Notes under the pieces: generated by a model
Databases searched by the model: none
Told to the model about the DNA's origin: nothing
What the model saw: the letters and a program-made list of their open reading frames with translations, nothing else
Assembly (NCBI GenBank): GCA_013115145.1
Contig: JAAPAO010000039.1
Coordinates: 1-64,000 of the forward strand
Length of the DNA: 64,000 bases
Direction: 5' to 3'
DNA from: Perkinsus chesapeaki ATCC PRA-425
Taxonomy: Eukaryota > Protista > Perkinsozoa
Translations under genes and position numbers: made by a program
In this document: positions 11,172 to 22,554 of the stretch, one piece after another
Layout: each line of letters begins with the position of its first letter
Numbering within the stretch: position 1 is the first letter of the stretch

Positions 11172-12020
11172 ATGCGCTCAGTCACTTATGGTCTCGGCCG
11201 CGCTGGCTACTTCGTCATCCTCGGGCCCCTCAACAGCGTCATCTTCCCCAGCATGACGATGAACAAGTTCAAACCCTTCAGCCTTAGACGGGTCGTAAAG
11301 TTTGTTGTATTGAGGGTGGAATGGCGACAGCGCAACTGCGACGAAATCGACGGGAACCGTATCGGTTGGGACGATCGCTATGGGTATCTGGAGAACTCGG
11401 CTTCACTCGGCAGTTGCCCCAAGACTTACAGCAGAGAATAGCTGCACCGAAACTTTTCGACTGCGCTGGTTGTCCTTTGGATTCTCCCATTCGTAAATGG
11501 CCTGGCCTGCCCTATAGGACACCGCAAGAGGCTTGGCTAATAGACTCAGCTCTTCGGTCATATGTGGACTCCTGTGACCTTTATAGAAGGGCAAGGTGAC
11601 ATTGTAGAATCTGAACATACATTGTTAACCTTGTCCTTGCGTAGTGCTATCACAAACTTGCAGACTTTCATCCAATTTTTAAGACAGGTTGAACTTCCCG
11701 AGAATGCACGGAGAAGACTAAACGGTTTTCGATATCGAGAAGGTGCATTCTCAAAGATGTCCCGGCTTGTGGCGTGAAAAAATTCGAAAAACCGAAATAA
11801 TCCCCATTATTTATTGCGAAGCGAGGAAGCTCCCAAAGCAGCAATCTTACACTTGACATTCCTTAACGAATTTGGGGATGTACACCGACAGGCAACTCTC
11901 TTTAATAGCCACAACAGTGCCAGTGGTATAATGAAGACTATCTCTCGTGCGGAGATAGATACAGAAGAAAGTGACATCAAACTTTGTCTGAGCTTCTCGA
12001 CTGGCCTTCTTCATCTCTAA
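11172..12020 (+). CDS. Hypothetical multi-exon protein
   Basis: Chain of short plus-strand ORF pieces (11172, 11321, 11562, 11814) separated by possible GT/AG junctions; no recognisable family. Confidence 0.3.
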
Positions 12021-12053
12021 CAAATCAACACACTGGACTCGACTGCCGTATGG

Positions 12054-15000
12054 TCAGAGCTCACTGTTGCATTCTTCACATTGAGCGCCATGCTCCTCGA
12101 GGGTCATTTTAAGCTCTCTCTTCTCCGTCGGCTGTAGCTGAAAAAGGCGTTCCAGTTTTCGGACAGAAACACCGAAGATTTCAAACAGGGCTCTACGGAA
12201 GATGATAGAGACTGAATTCAGCTGACCAACTTCATGCTTGCCGAGCGTCACATACATAGCAAATACAGTGGTAGTAGCTTAATTAATGGTGTAATACTGT
12301 TAACGCAGTGAGAAGCATCCGTCAAGCTCAGATATCCCAACAACAATCTCAGCCTGGGAAATGAAGTTCATCTATTTCAGTTCATCCCGGCACATACTTC
12401 CTTCACCAAGCAGACTCAATAATGCTCGTAGGTTTAAAAAGCTACCGGAATTTCACAAAACCAACTCGGCAACGTCTGTAGAGGGGGCATGCATGTCTCA
12501 AAACATTGACAATTTCAATATATAGTGTGGTGCTCGCTAAGTAACAGCCACTTTCCAGACTTGCAATGAGCCTATTGGCCCAACAGGTCTCTCTTCATTC
12601 TCCTTACACACACCAGAAACATATTATAATATAAAATACTAATAACAGATTCCCTAATAATGACGTACCAGAATTTGCAGTTGACGATGGACCATAACAT
12701 CGGCGTAGCGTCTAATGGGGGATGTGAAATGGGTGTAAAGTGGGAACGCCAGGGCGTAGTGGGAGACACTGCGGCCATCTGAACCTTGAACACCGTACCT
12801 AAGAAATGCGACGTGATTCCCAATGAGAGAACCCATGTCACTGTCAAGATTCAATGTTACTACCGAAAATTGCGCAAAACCTGTCCCGTGAAAAACCATA
12901 AGAAGGAACATTATAGGAGCGCAGTGGATATCTTGGATCAGCAGTAGAGTACAAAAGATACATCAGTCCACACACTTCAGCAAGTTAGAAAACCACTGAG
13001 GCGAATGCGTGACAGAGAACGATGATCTGGTAGGAGGGCGGGCAGGAGTCTCGAAACGGTATAATATACTACTAGAAATATATGCGACGAAATCGATCAA
13101 CCGTTTCATCACACCAGATCAACAACTGAACATGAATTCGAATTTCTTACTCTGCCGGGCGCATCGTTTTCATGACCATGTTCTCGATAGACAGGCCGGC
13201 CTCAGGCGTCAGCTCTTTTTTAACATTAGTGAGAGCTTTGAAAACTAGTCCACTGTCGCCGCCGTCTCCAGCACACCAGACATCTTCCGAGATACCTGAC
13301 CATCGAATTCCAAACGAAGTTCCTAGTCTCTCAGGCCCACCCAAGTCCTGCGTGAGAAGTTTAGTAATATTCTCGAAGCCTTGCTTCATTGGTCGGTCAT
13401 GGTGTCGTAGGACTGCCATTTCCCTCATTTGCTCGTCTGTATTGTTGGCAATGGCAGTGGCCACGCAGCGATTGGCTGCAAGCATCAACTGACATAATAC
13501 AACTAGGGCTGAGCCGAGAATCGAACCCGGGACCTCGCGCACCCGAAGCGCGAATCATACCACTAGACCACACAGCCTCTTGCTAGCCCGGACTATATAC
13601 GCACCTCCTCAATAAGCCAGTGACTCGGAGTGTGCGAGTCCAAACCATATCCGATAGGAAGATTCGTTTCAGGATCGATCTTAAACAACAGCTTGTGTTT
13701 ATCAATCCTCACCGAACCGTCATCGAACCGGTTAACTCGAACCTGTTCAGCATTCCTAATAAATTCACATCACCGAAATCGCCCACCTTCTTGCAGACAG
13801 CGTAGAGCAAGTTCAAGTCATTGACAACTTCCTCCCACGTATGACCATCAGTCACCGCAGGCCTGATAGATTGGGGAATCTCAAGCTTCACTGCGCCACG
13901 AAATTCCTACTTGTCAGTCAGCGGTTTTCCGTCCAATATATCCTGCACTTCGTCATAGTTGAACCGGCAGCACGATTTAATCGCCGATTTGTAGAACTTG
14001 GGCCCCGACTTGCAGCGGAACTGATCATGCGCACGCGTGCAGATTTCCCATTTCTCATCATCTACATCGTTCTTGTCATCGATACCGATGATCCTTCCCG
14101 TGTTAACATCTATTCTGAAAGTCGATGTAAAGGTAAGCTTCGGCTCGGCTGGATTCAGACTGCACAGCTGCGCGCAGAGACCTTCGGGCAGCATCGGAAA
14201 CATCTGAAAGCTTGCATCGCTCCGCTGCAGATGATTTCCGCAGGGCTTATTTATTGGACGGCAAAAACCCTCACACGGGAGATACAAAGCCTCTCAATAT
14301 TTTTGTGACATGTTACTAACAGTGAGAGTTCTTAGGCGCGCGGGAATACGCCTGGCCTCCGCCTTACTCTGTGACAGAGGTAAACCGATGTGCATCTCTT
14401 TTGTGCTTCCTGATCTACCGCTGAACCTGAGAGAAGACAAGTTGACCTGTCGCATATCTTGCATGCTTCAAGCTAAGATCCTACCTTGCTTCACATAGTG
14501 CGAAACATCGGCGATATGTACACCAACTTCAACCGTGTTCTCGTCGATTACATCGATACTCACCGCGTCGTCCTGGAAACCGGAAATTAGACAGGTTAAC
14601 GAAAACACGAAAATTATGAAAACGACCGGGAAAAACTTGGAAAAAAAGGACAAAAAATTAGGGAAAATTCATCGAACCCAACCCACCAGATCTCGAGCAG
14701 TCGCCGGATCAACCGTAAATATTCTTTTTTTCGTCAAGTCCCGCCGACTGCCACCGGGCATCATCTCTCTCCTATACTCCGCCTGAGCGTCGGCGACCAT
14801 CCTGTCCACCTGAAAATTCCCCACTCATTGCAGATGAGACCCGATGAGCTACTCACCTCAGAGTAGACTTGTCGGCTGAAGTCAGCCGCATGATGCTCCA
14901 AATTGGCCTCCTCCAAACAAGCTGCCGTTTCCGCAACCAAATCTCCGGCACTTCCAAAGGGCTTTCCGGCCAACCTAAGAAGTGTATGTTGGGAAAGTGT

Positions 15001-18000
15001 TGAAAGTCGACTTTTGGAGATCAATCGATGATTGCTTATTGCAACTCGGCGATGGAGACAATACGGTGCTGTTAGAGAAGTCTAGATGCGAGTAGTACAC
15101 TAAAGTCTGGCATCCTTTCGGAAATACGGTTGACCCCCCGTAACGGGACTCGGTCTTTTCCGGCCTGTGTGTCACTATCAACGAACAACAAGCAACAGTT
15201 GCATCGTAGTCAATCTATTTTTTCAACTGCCATCTATCCCTGACGGACAGTCCCTCATCTGCAAACTTTCTCCTACCGCACTTTCCTCAAATCTCACTTT
15301 CCAAGCGGCAACACCGAGTTCGTCCCCCACTTCATCATTTGTACAGGAATCATCACGCGCCCATTAATTGGCCCGGGCAAACGCAGTATTCGACTAACAA
15401 CATCGTTCACCTGCAGAAGATTCGGAGGAAATGTGGTATTAAAACTGCTACCTGAATAAGCATCCATGGTAGTCTCTTGTTCATTGGCTTGGCCCTGATG
15501 AACTTGTCCCCTGGTTGCACAAACGTCGTAAGAGGATCTCGCTCTGACAGGAACCGAAAAAATTAACTTTCACAGATTGAACTTTTGAACTAGAATTCAG
15601 AGCCAATTGCAGAATTAACATTTCTCATCCTTTATTCCGCCCAACGAAGCTTCGACAAACTGGGCAACCCGAATTTGTACGGATATTCTCAAGAGTATCT
15701 TCCTCGGGAGAGTGCGTCCACAGTGGTCACAAAAATTCACCAACCCGACGAAGCTACTCCCCCGCAATCAGGAAGCGTATGAAGGAGACTCGCCGCACGT
15801 CCAAATCTCGCCACCTACCAATCTCTCCGTCAAGAGGGTTCTCATCACCCGCACTACCACCGGTCTTGTTCGCCTCCAAAGTGCACACGAACCTAAACAC
15901 AACCTGAAACATCGCAACCTCGATTCTGGTCCAATCTAACATGGCATCTGTGACTACGGAGATTGAATGTCCCTGGAAAGGTGCAGGAATCAACCTCTTT
16001 CGATTCGGCATATCCTACTCAGCGATCGAACCCGCCTTATGTTAGCTTGCTCTCGCGGCTCAAAGACCGTTATTGCAAGGATACAAGAATTATACTATAT
16101 AATACTCCACGATTATACACAGTACGACATAGAAGACATAAGACAATCGTGACATCGACAAATAGGCGGCCTCGACCGGTAAAAGCATCCAAAGAAGATC
16201 TCGCCTCCCAGACGAGAATCTTCCCGAAAACCCCTCCATCGAGAGCAAAGTAAGAGGGGGTGTGATCAGTTGGCTTTTTGCTCAGATGGGCAGTACACCC
16301 GGAAGCGACCAACTCTCTTACGGATGATTCGTCCAACATCTCTTCGACACATATACGACAACCGCTGTTCTGAAGTAGTCCTTTCCGCCGCCTTCTCTCC
16401 CCTCATCAGACTCTTCAGAATCATCTCCTTTGCCCCCGCGACCCTCAGACTTTGCCAAACGCCTGAAATAGATATTGAAGATGACATGTGCAGGGATCGA
16501 ACTTCCGCCTACTTAATATCGGCTCTGCTGGGAACTAAATCGTCCTCATCGCTCGACGAAGACGACACGCTACAGCTACGTCCTCTACCATTTTTCCTAT
16601 TCTTGAGATCCTTAAATTCTGGCGCGGCACGCAGCTGCCTGCCGCTAGTTTTATAGACCTGATCACAAAGACTCTCCAAGCAAAGTCAGACCTAAATTTC
16701 ATAACTTCTTTCGAATTCGACTACTATTATTAAACATTATTATTTATTATTTAAAAATGTGATACTAGTAATCACTATTATCCCATGCTGGGATTCTCAT
16801 CACATAATATTTCGGAAACTCATCTCACTTCAAGTCGCCCGAGAAACTATACTTTCTTATTTAGATAAAACTCACTAACTCTATGACATTCATTTTCAAT
16901 CATACTTCATCACTTCCACATCAACTTATACTGCAAAGCCTGCTCATCACAGGTCCCATGCCGGTCCCAGAAAGCAACCCATCTCCCCGCCAATTTCAAC
17001 GATCATGGAAACCAAAAAGTTTCCGATCTTCCCTCCTCACAAATTACTACACCCAATCCCAATACCCCCCCTTAGTACTACCCATAGATCCCGCGGGTTC
17101 ACTTTGACGACCACCTCGTCGCCATGGACGGCTCGGTTGCGATCGAACTTCCCTTTTATTAATATATCTACATTTTGCTCCCTGAAACACTTAGATGCTA
17201 TCAACGAAGCGAAATTCGAAAAATACGAGATATTTTTTTTCGCGATTCTCCCCTCCACCGCGAAAAAACATCGTAAGTTCGCATGTGGTCGCCTCGTAAA
17301 AAGCAGGGCATCGAACGAGCTTGGGTTTGCAGATCCTGGCAGCCTGGAACTAAGGATTGTTTGTGATAGCTACTAGTGATAAAAAATCATTGAAGATCCG
17401 CCCACATCCACGGATCTGGAAAAAAAACTCGCTTTCAGGGAGGACAAAAAAGTGTCAAAGATTGAAAGACCCAAAGGCTCTCCAAGAGAACCACAATGAA
17501 CTACAATGGAGTGAAGCCTGTAAAACAGTGTGTGTGATAAATACCGAAAACCAAATGGTCAAATGGCCAAAGTGCAAAATTGTATCGTAACAAGAATCCA
17601 AATACGTGCATAGGTAGCTGTTGAACAAACCAGACTCAGACGCACACTCAGTGTGGGAATATCTGTTCAGCTCCATCAACCGATGGGTATGCCTTGTTCG
17701 TTGGATTCCCTCACCATTTTATACGGGACTTATGCTCAAAAAGCGCGTTTTTGGCTGTTCGGTATTTTCCGTATTTTTCTCAAGCACGACTACAGATGTA
17801 GCCAGGCACGTGCACATTTTCCCATACTGCGCACACTAATGAAAAAGACGACCACTGGTCGTCGACCACTGTACCCTATTTTCGCTCTTGACCCTCCCCA
17901 GCTAACTACCCATCAATATCGCGAGTCCTGTCCGGTTTGACTCGAACAAATGCATCATTCGGCGTTTGCTGAACAACCTGAGGAGGCTTAAATGCACATC

Positions 18001-18165
18001 GCAGAGGATCGAACCCGATACCTCTCGCTAGCTAAACCTAGCCCGTAACCATTACCCCATTCAAGCTGCTACTACCTGAAGTAGGCCCGAGATGAATGTG
18101 CCATCTGCTAGGCCCGCATCCGCTTCATCCTTAGTTATGTAATCTGGGAACGGCCGACGCGACAT
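12054..18165 (-). CDS. DIS3L2: DIS3-like exonuclease 2 (RNase II/RNB family), many exons
   Basis: Exons give [30 protein letters not shown] (CSD1 start, no PIN domain seen), [70 protein letters not shown] and [28 protein letters not shown]. Confidence 0.9.
13506..13577 (-). tRNA. trnP-CGG: tRNA-Pro(CGG) inside a DIS3L2 intron
   Basis: Minus strand reads GGCTGTGTGGTCTAGTGGTATGATTCGCGCTTCGGGTGCGCGAGGTCCCGGGTTCGATTCTCGGCTCAGCCC (72 nt). Anticodon stem CGCGC/GCGCG is perfect, A and B boxes are intact, discriminator is C, and there is one U:U mismatch in the acceptor stem. Confidence 0.93.
17993..18069 (-). pseudogene. Degenerate tRNA-like element filling the first recognised DIS3L2 intron (17978-18075)
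   Basis: A-box-like TGGGGTAATGG and B box GGTTCGATCC at tRNA-like spacing; stems poorly paired. Confidence 0.5.
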
Positions 18166-19156
18166 TGCGTTAAAAAGGCACCTCAGAAACACTCAAACTG
18201 GACAGCATGAATTCCTTACTGTTAACAATAAATAAAAAAGGTTAAGGCTGGAATTTACTCCCATCCTGATTATAGAATTTCTATGACATTTAAAATGCCC
18301 TTTCTAAAATTATTTTTTCCGTTTTTCCCATTGCTAGAGCTGACAAGTGTTAAAATGTAAACGGCCGTTTGCGCAGGTGCCAAAATTGTAGTAAAAAAGG
18401 TTTTGAGAAAACTGGACCTGTGAAGCATTTTAACGATACAACAACATTAAGAGAGCATATACACAAAATTTCAGGTTCATATGTGGTCTGGTTAAGAAAC
18501 TATGCCGGTGACACCAAACATGCGCTCTAGATTGCGCGTACTGTATGCAGTTTTATAATTAATACCATCGACTATCCAATGAACGCTACTTTAATACACC
18601 CAATGCCTCAACACGTCTCATGCCTACGCTCCTTCAAATAGCATCTACACAACCTTCAAAGTGCAACATCAGCTGCTTCTAAAATATCCAAACCATCGAT
18701 ATCAAGAAGTCCAGATGTGTACAAGTGAACAAGTCAATAGAGAAAGCTGCAATACTACTAAAAATGCATTAATAGTACGTACGCACCGCGTGGTAATACT
18801 TTTCAAGTCGAAGAAAAGATTGAGTTGATCGGCGGCAATGATTGTGACAAGACCTTGCAGCCATAACGAAGGCGGACCCCTACCACTCCCGAACGAGAAT
18901 ATATTCAATTACAAGCCTGTCGCATGCCCTTGTGGTATAATTCTGATATACTCGCCAACCTCCATACCGACACTTTCTTTTTTTACTTTCAATTTGGGGT
19001 GTACCCTCTCCCGTGGTTGTTAAGGTTCTCAGTGCAAGTCTTCTTCCCTTGAGCTACCCTTACTAACTTTTCAACTCCCAAAAATCGCCAAGATTCATTC
19101 CAGTACTTAACAAAACACCTCGCTTATCTTCACCAACAAATTCACGTTCTCATGCT

Positions 19157-19648
19157 TCAAAGCTCCTCAACCTGTCTCCTCCTTCCCCTTGCAGTGCTCC
19201 CCTCTTTCTGATAGAAAATCCCTTCGGCGCTCCTCTGGTACTGGTAACCATTGTCATCTATAAAGCCGCCGCCCCGCTGGTCTCTTTTATAATATCTCCC
19301 GTCCGCTCCCAGCATGTACTGGCCTCCCCATTGCTCGTGGATCCTATAACTAGTTGCAAGGTCCTCATCTGCAGGAGAGAAATGAGCGTATTGTAAACTA
19401 TACGCCTTCCCATCAAACTCGACATAATACAGCGGAGAATCTTTCAAGCCCACCAGTACATAGGGCCCCCAGAAATCATCGGACCGGGGTTCGAACCTGC
19501 TACCATCAAATGCAGTTATCCTCTCAGCTCGTTGAGCCACTCTAGGGCCCTCGAACGGCACCACTGAGCTTATCTGGGGCTCTGGTAGAGTGAGACTTAA
19601 TGACGATAATATTGGTAAAATGAATGGGACGGTGGCGAATGCGAGCAT
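19157..19648 (-). CDS. Predicted secreted protein, aromatic/Gly-rich family, paralog 1
   Basis: 163-aa ORF with hydrophobic N-terminus; GQYMLGADGRYYKR motif shared with the neighbour. Confidence 0.65.
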   Translation of the reverse strand: MLAFATVPFILPILSSLSLTLPEPQISSVVPFEGPRVAQRAERITAFDGSRFEPRSDDFWGPYVLVGLKDSPLYYVEFDGKAYSLQYAHFSPADEDLATSYRIHEQWGGQYMLGADGRYYKRDQRGGGFIDDNGYQYQRSAEGIFYQKEGSTARGRRRQVEEL

Positions 19649-19938
19649 CTGGGTGAGTTGGATAATATTAATAATTGTGGCTAAAATGGTATCGAAATGA
19701 CACTGGCGTACCTCTCAGATCCGCCTTCCAGAAATTCAATCCGACCCACGCCAAAAGGCCTGGATTTCTCAGAGTTGTCCCGTCCCTGTTAATTCACTAA
19801 CACTTAGGAGCGTCCCTCCAAACTAGAGGGGGTACTTCCCTAACCGACAAGGAACAGGACGTGCTTAGCTCCGAAATTGATCAACCAAAAACCACCAGTA
19901 GCTTACACCGTGCATTTGACATGTCGAAAGATTCTTAT

Positions 19939-20469
19939 CTACCTCCGCCTGACTCCTCTTATGCTCGCCATGTGCCCCATGGCACCCAAGCGCATACCAT
20001 TCTCTTCCCTCAGATGAAATACGTTCATTTTGCTCTTTGTGCAACTTGTCCCGTCTGGAGCTATATATTCGCCCTCCTTGTCGGCTCTCTCATAATAGCG
20101 ACCATCAACACCGAGAGCGTAGCGCCCCACTGGACTCTTGGCAATCTCAAAGGTCTTTTGCAATCTCGGGTCGTCCGGGAAGACCCAAATCGGTACAAAG
20201 GATCCATCGAAATCGCGCTGGAAAAGTTGCGCCTTATTGGCGAGACTTCTGTAAGGGCCAGCTTCGACTATTTTACCCTCCAATACGTACCAGTTGTTGA
20301 AGCCATCAGTGTAGTACTTGCCTTTAGGATCGGGGACATAACGATTCTTTTCGCCGGGTGAATGAGGAAGCCACACATCAGTTGGGCGAGTCGGTTCGGA
20401 AAGACTAGTGTTGACAGTGGCCGATGCCAACGCAATCAGGAGGGCTGCTACTGCAGGGGCGCTGTGCAT
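19939..20469 (-). CDS. Predicted secreted protein, aromatic/Gly-rich family, paralog 2
   Basis: 176-aa ORF, signal-like MHSAPAVAALLIALASA; GRYALGVDGRYYER motif. Confidence 0.65.
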   Translation of the reverse strand: MHSAPAVAALLIALASATVNTSLSEPTRPTDVWLPHSPGEKNRYVPDPKGKYYTDGFNNWYVLEGKIVEAGPYRSLANKAQLFQRDFDGSFVPIWVFPDDPRLQKTFEIAKSPVGRYALGVDGRYYERADKEGEYIAPDGTSCTKSKMNVFHLREENGMRLGAMGHMASIRGVRRR

Positions 20470-20746
20470 TTGGTGAGTGTTAAAAATATAAGGTTATGGC
20501 TAACAAAAAGGCTAGGAGGGACTTGGTGCAAGCTTACTATAGCAGAGTCCTATCAGTGTAGCTTGGTTCCTACTAAGTGGGATACATTGGAAATGTCTAC
20601 ATGCCAGCAGGAGTCCAAGATGGTAGATAATTCTACTATATTAAACTACCAAACTTTCACAATGATATCTTTAATGTTATTAGTTGAAATGAGATTATCT
20701 AAGCTAATAAACGAGTTCGTCCCAACACACGACTTGCCCGATAACA

Positions 20747-21014
20747 TGTCCTGTGCTGACAGTACCATTGCGGAAGGCCTAGTGAGCAAGATTCCCCTTT
20801 TGCTTAAGCGAAACCGTGGCAATCTGCTTCGCTGTGGAAACACAATTAGATCTCCCCTCAGATCCCTCGCTAGTTGGTCTTAGTTCCACGCACTGGACCT
20901 TCTCTGCCTCTCTCTATCTGTAGACACTCTAGATCCGCTCCTGTGAGGTCTTGAGTTAAGTTGTGCGGTTTCTCCTCTTCCAGAGTCATTCCCTAGACCA
21001 CAAGAACCTGCACA
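20747..21014 (+). repeat. 5' LTR (268 bp)
   Basis: TGTCCTGTGC...GAACCTGCACA, near-identical to the 3' copy. Confidence 0.96.
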
Positions 21015-21031
21015 TCTCTTCTACCGGGATC
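21015..21031 (+). promoter_or_regulatory. Candidate primer-binding site (tRNA 3'-end-like, no TGG)
   Basis: TCTCTTCTACCGGGATC abuts the 5' LTR. Its reverse complement GATCCCGGTAGAAGAGA has T-loop/T-stem/acceptor-stem geometry with G72-A73, as in eukaryotic tRNA-Tyr. Confidence 0.5.
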
Positions 21032-22444
21032 ATGTCTATCCCCTTCCTTCGCTTCATCAAGGTTCCCGACCGAGATCTCTGGCTTCCCTCCTACGTGAAG
21101 AAGAACGATGACCTTTCGGCCTTCTACATCCTCATTGAGTTCAGCCAGTCCACCATCGCCTCCAAGCTCCTTGGTGATGTGGTCGCTCTCCACTCCATCA
21201 GCGAGAAGCCCTTTGTAGGTGCCTGGGTCAACCAAGCCTGCAAAGCTACGTGGAGAACCTCCCCATCAACGGTCCCTTCTGGTAAAGCTCTACTCGGTTC
21301 TACAGTCCTCGACATTGAGGACATTTCGGAGGCCTTCATCAACGATATCGTAGACCCCCTCGAGCCTCCTTCGGTGCCACAGGTCGAACTTTCCGCTTCT
21401 AGTGGATCTGCCCCCTCTAATGAAGTAGTCCCTAACTCCCTGTCGGCTCCTAATTCATCTTCATCCGAAGGCCTCCATAACCATTCCAACGGTAGTATGC
21501 CACTGTCTGGCGAATGGCCACCCCTCTCCAGCATCAACAACCACAACCCTATCGCCTCGACCACCGAAGGCCACCATCAAGGTTACTCTACGGTTACTGC
21601 CGATGGCCTTACACTTCCTCAAGGTATGGTTCCTCTTGGCGGTCCGTTCCTCCCCTCCGGAACGTCCCCGTCGGTGGCCTTCCATCATCCCATTGCCCCT
21701 TATTCAGGTGTCCACCCGACCATGGTTCCTCAACCTCCTCTGGGTTATGGTTCTTCACCCGGTCACTTTGAGGTCCCACAGTTTGCCCCCTTTGCTGGCT
21801 CCAATGATCTCATTGACGCTACCACTCGCCATTATGCTAAAAGAGAAGCCAACGCCACCGAGCTCCCCAACAAGCGACAGTTCACCGGCTTCAACGACGA
21901 CCGCTCTATCGGTGATCTCATCAAGTCGGTGAACCACACGTCCCGCTCCAACGGTTGGAGTGCTCTCGAGTACTACTTCTTCTTGACTAGGCTTATGGAT
22001 GAGACTGTCAGCCGCGAGATCAATCCTCTACCCCAGCAGACTCACACTGCCTGTGCACGTGAAGTCATGCGTATCTGTCAGCTACTCGCTCACCTCCACA
22101 AGTCAAGCCAGACCGACTACATCAGGAAGCTCTCCAGATGGAACGCCCTTTCTATGGGCGACCGACAAACCCTCGGTGACTATCTGAAGGCCTTCGAAAA
22201 TCTCAGGCTTGATGTCGAGCGACAGCAAGGCTACCCTTTCGAGGAACGGTTCTTGACGTCCAAGCTCACCGCTAGCCTCCGCGGTATCCACCATGATACC
22301 GCCCTCTCGCGTATGAAGGCCTTAACTTACCGAGAGCTTCTACACGAGTTGGTTGAGCTTGAACGCGTACGCCAGCTATCTGCTCAGCAGCGTGGTAAAT
22401 CTGAAGTTCAGATTCCTCTGTGGTCATCCTTCTGGCCTCCTTGA
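21032..22444 (+). CDS. gag: Retrotransposon gag (capsid part only)
   Basis: ATG directly after the PBS; Pro/Ser-rich linker; capsid major-homology-like LSMGDRQTLGDYLKAFENL; ends TGA TAG inside a hairpin. Confidence 0.85.
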   Translation: MSIPFLRFIKVPDRDLWLPSYVKKNDDLSAFYILIEFSQSTIASKLLGDVVALHSISEKPFVGAWVNQACKATWRTSPSTVPSGKALLGSTVLDIEDISEAFINDIVDPLEPPSVPQVELSASSGSAPSNEVVPNSLSAPNSSSSEGLHNHSNGSMPLSGEWPPLSSINNHNPIASTTEGHHQGYSTVTADGLTLPQGMVPLGGPFLPSGTSPSVAFHHPIAPYSGVHPTMVPQPPLGYGSSPGHFEVPQFAPFAGSNDLIDATTRHYAKREANATELPNKRQFTGFNDDRSIGDLIKSVNHTSRSNGWSALEYYFFLTRLMDETVSREINPLPQQTHTACAREVMRICQLLAHLHKSSQTDYIRKLSRWNALSMGDRQTLGDYLKAFENLRLDVERQQGYPFEERFLTSKLTASLRGIHHDTALSRMKALTYRELLHELVELERVRQLSAQQRGKSEVQIPLWSSFWPP

Positions 22445-22554
22445 TAGGGTTCAGATTCTGAACCCTATCAAGGAGGCCAGAAGGATGACCCCCTGCCCAA
22501 GGTGCCCTTCAACCAGATGACCACCGCCCCATCCACACAGTCGTCTCCTCCTGA

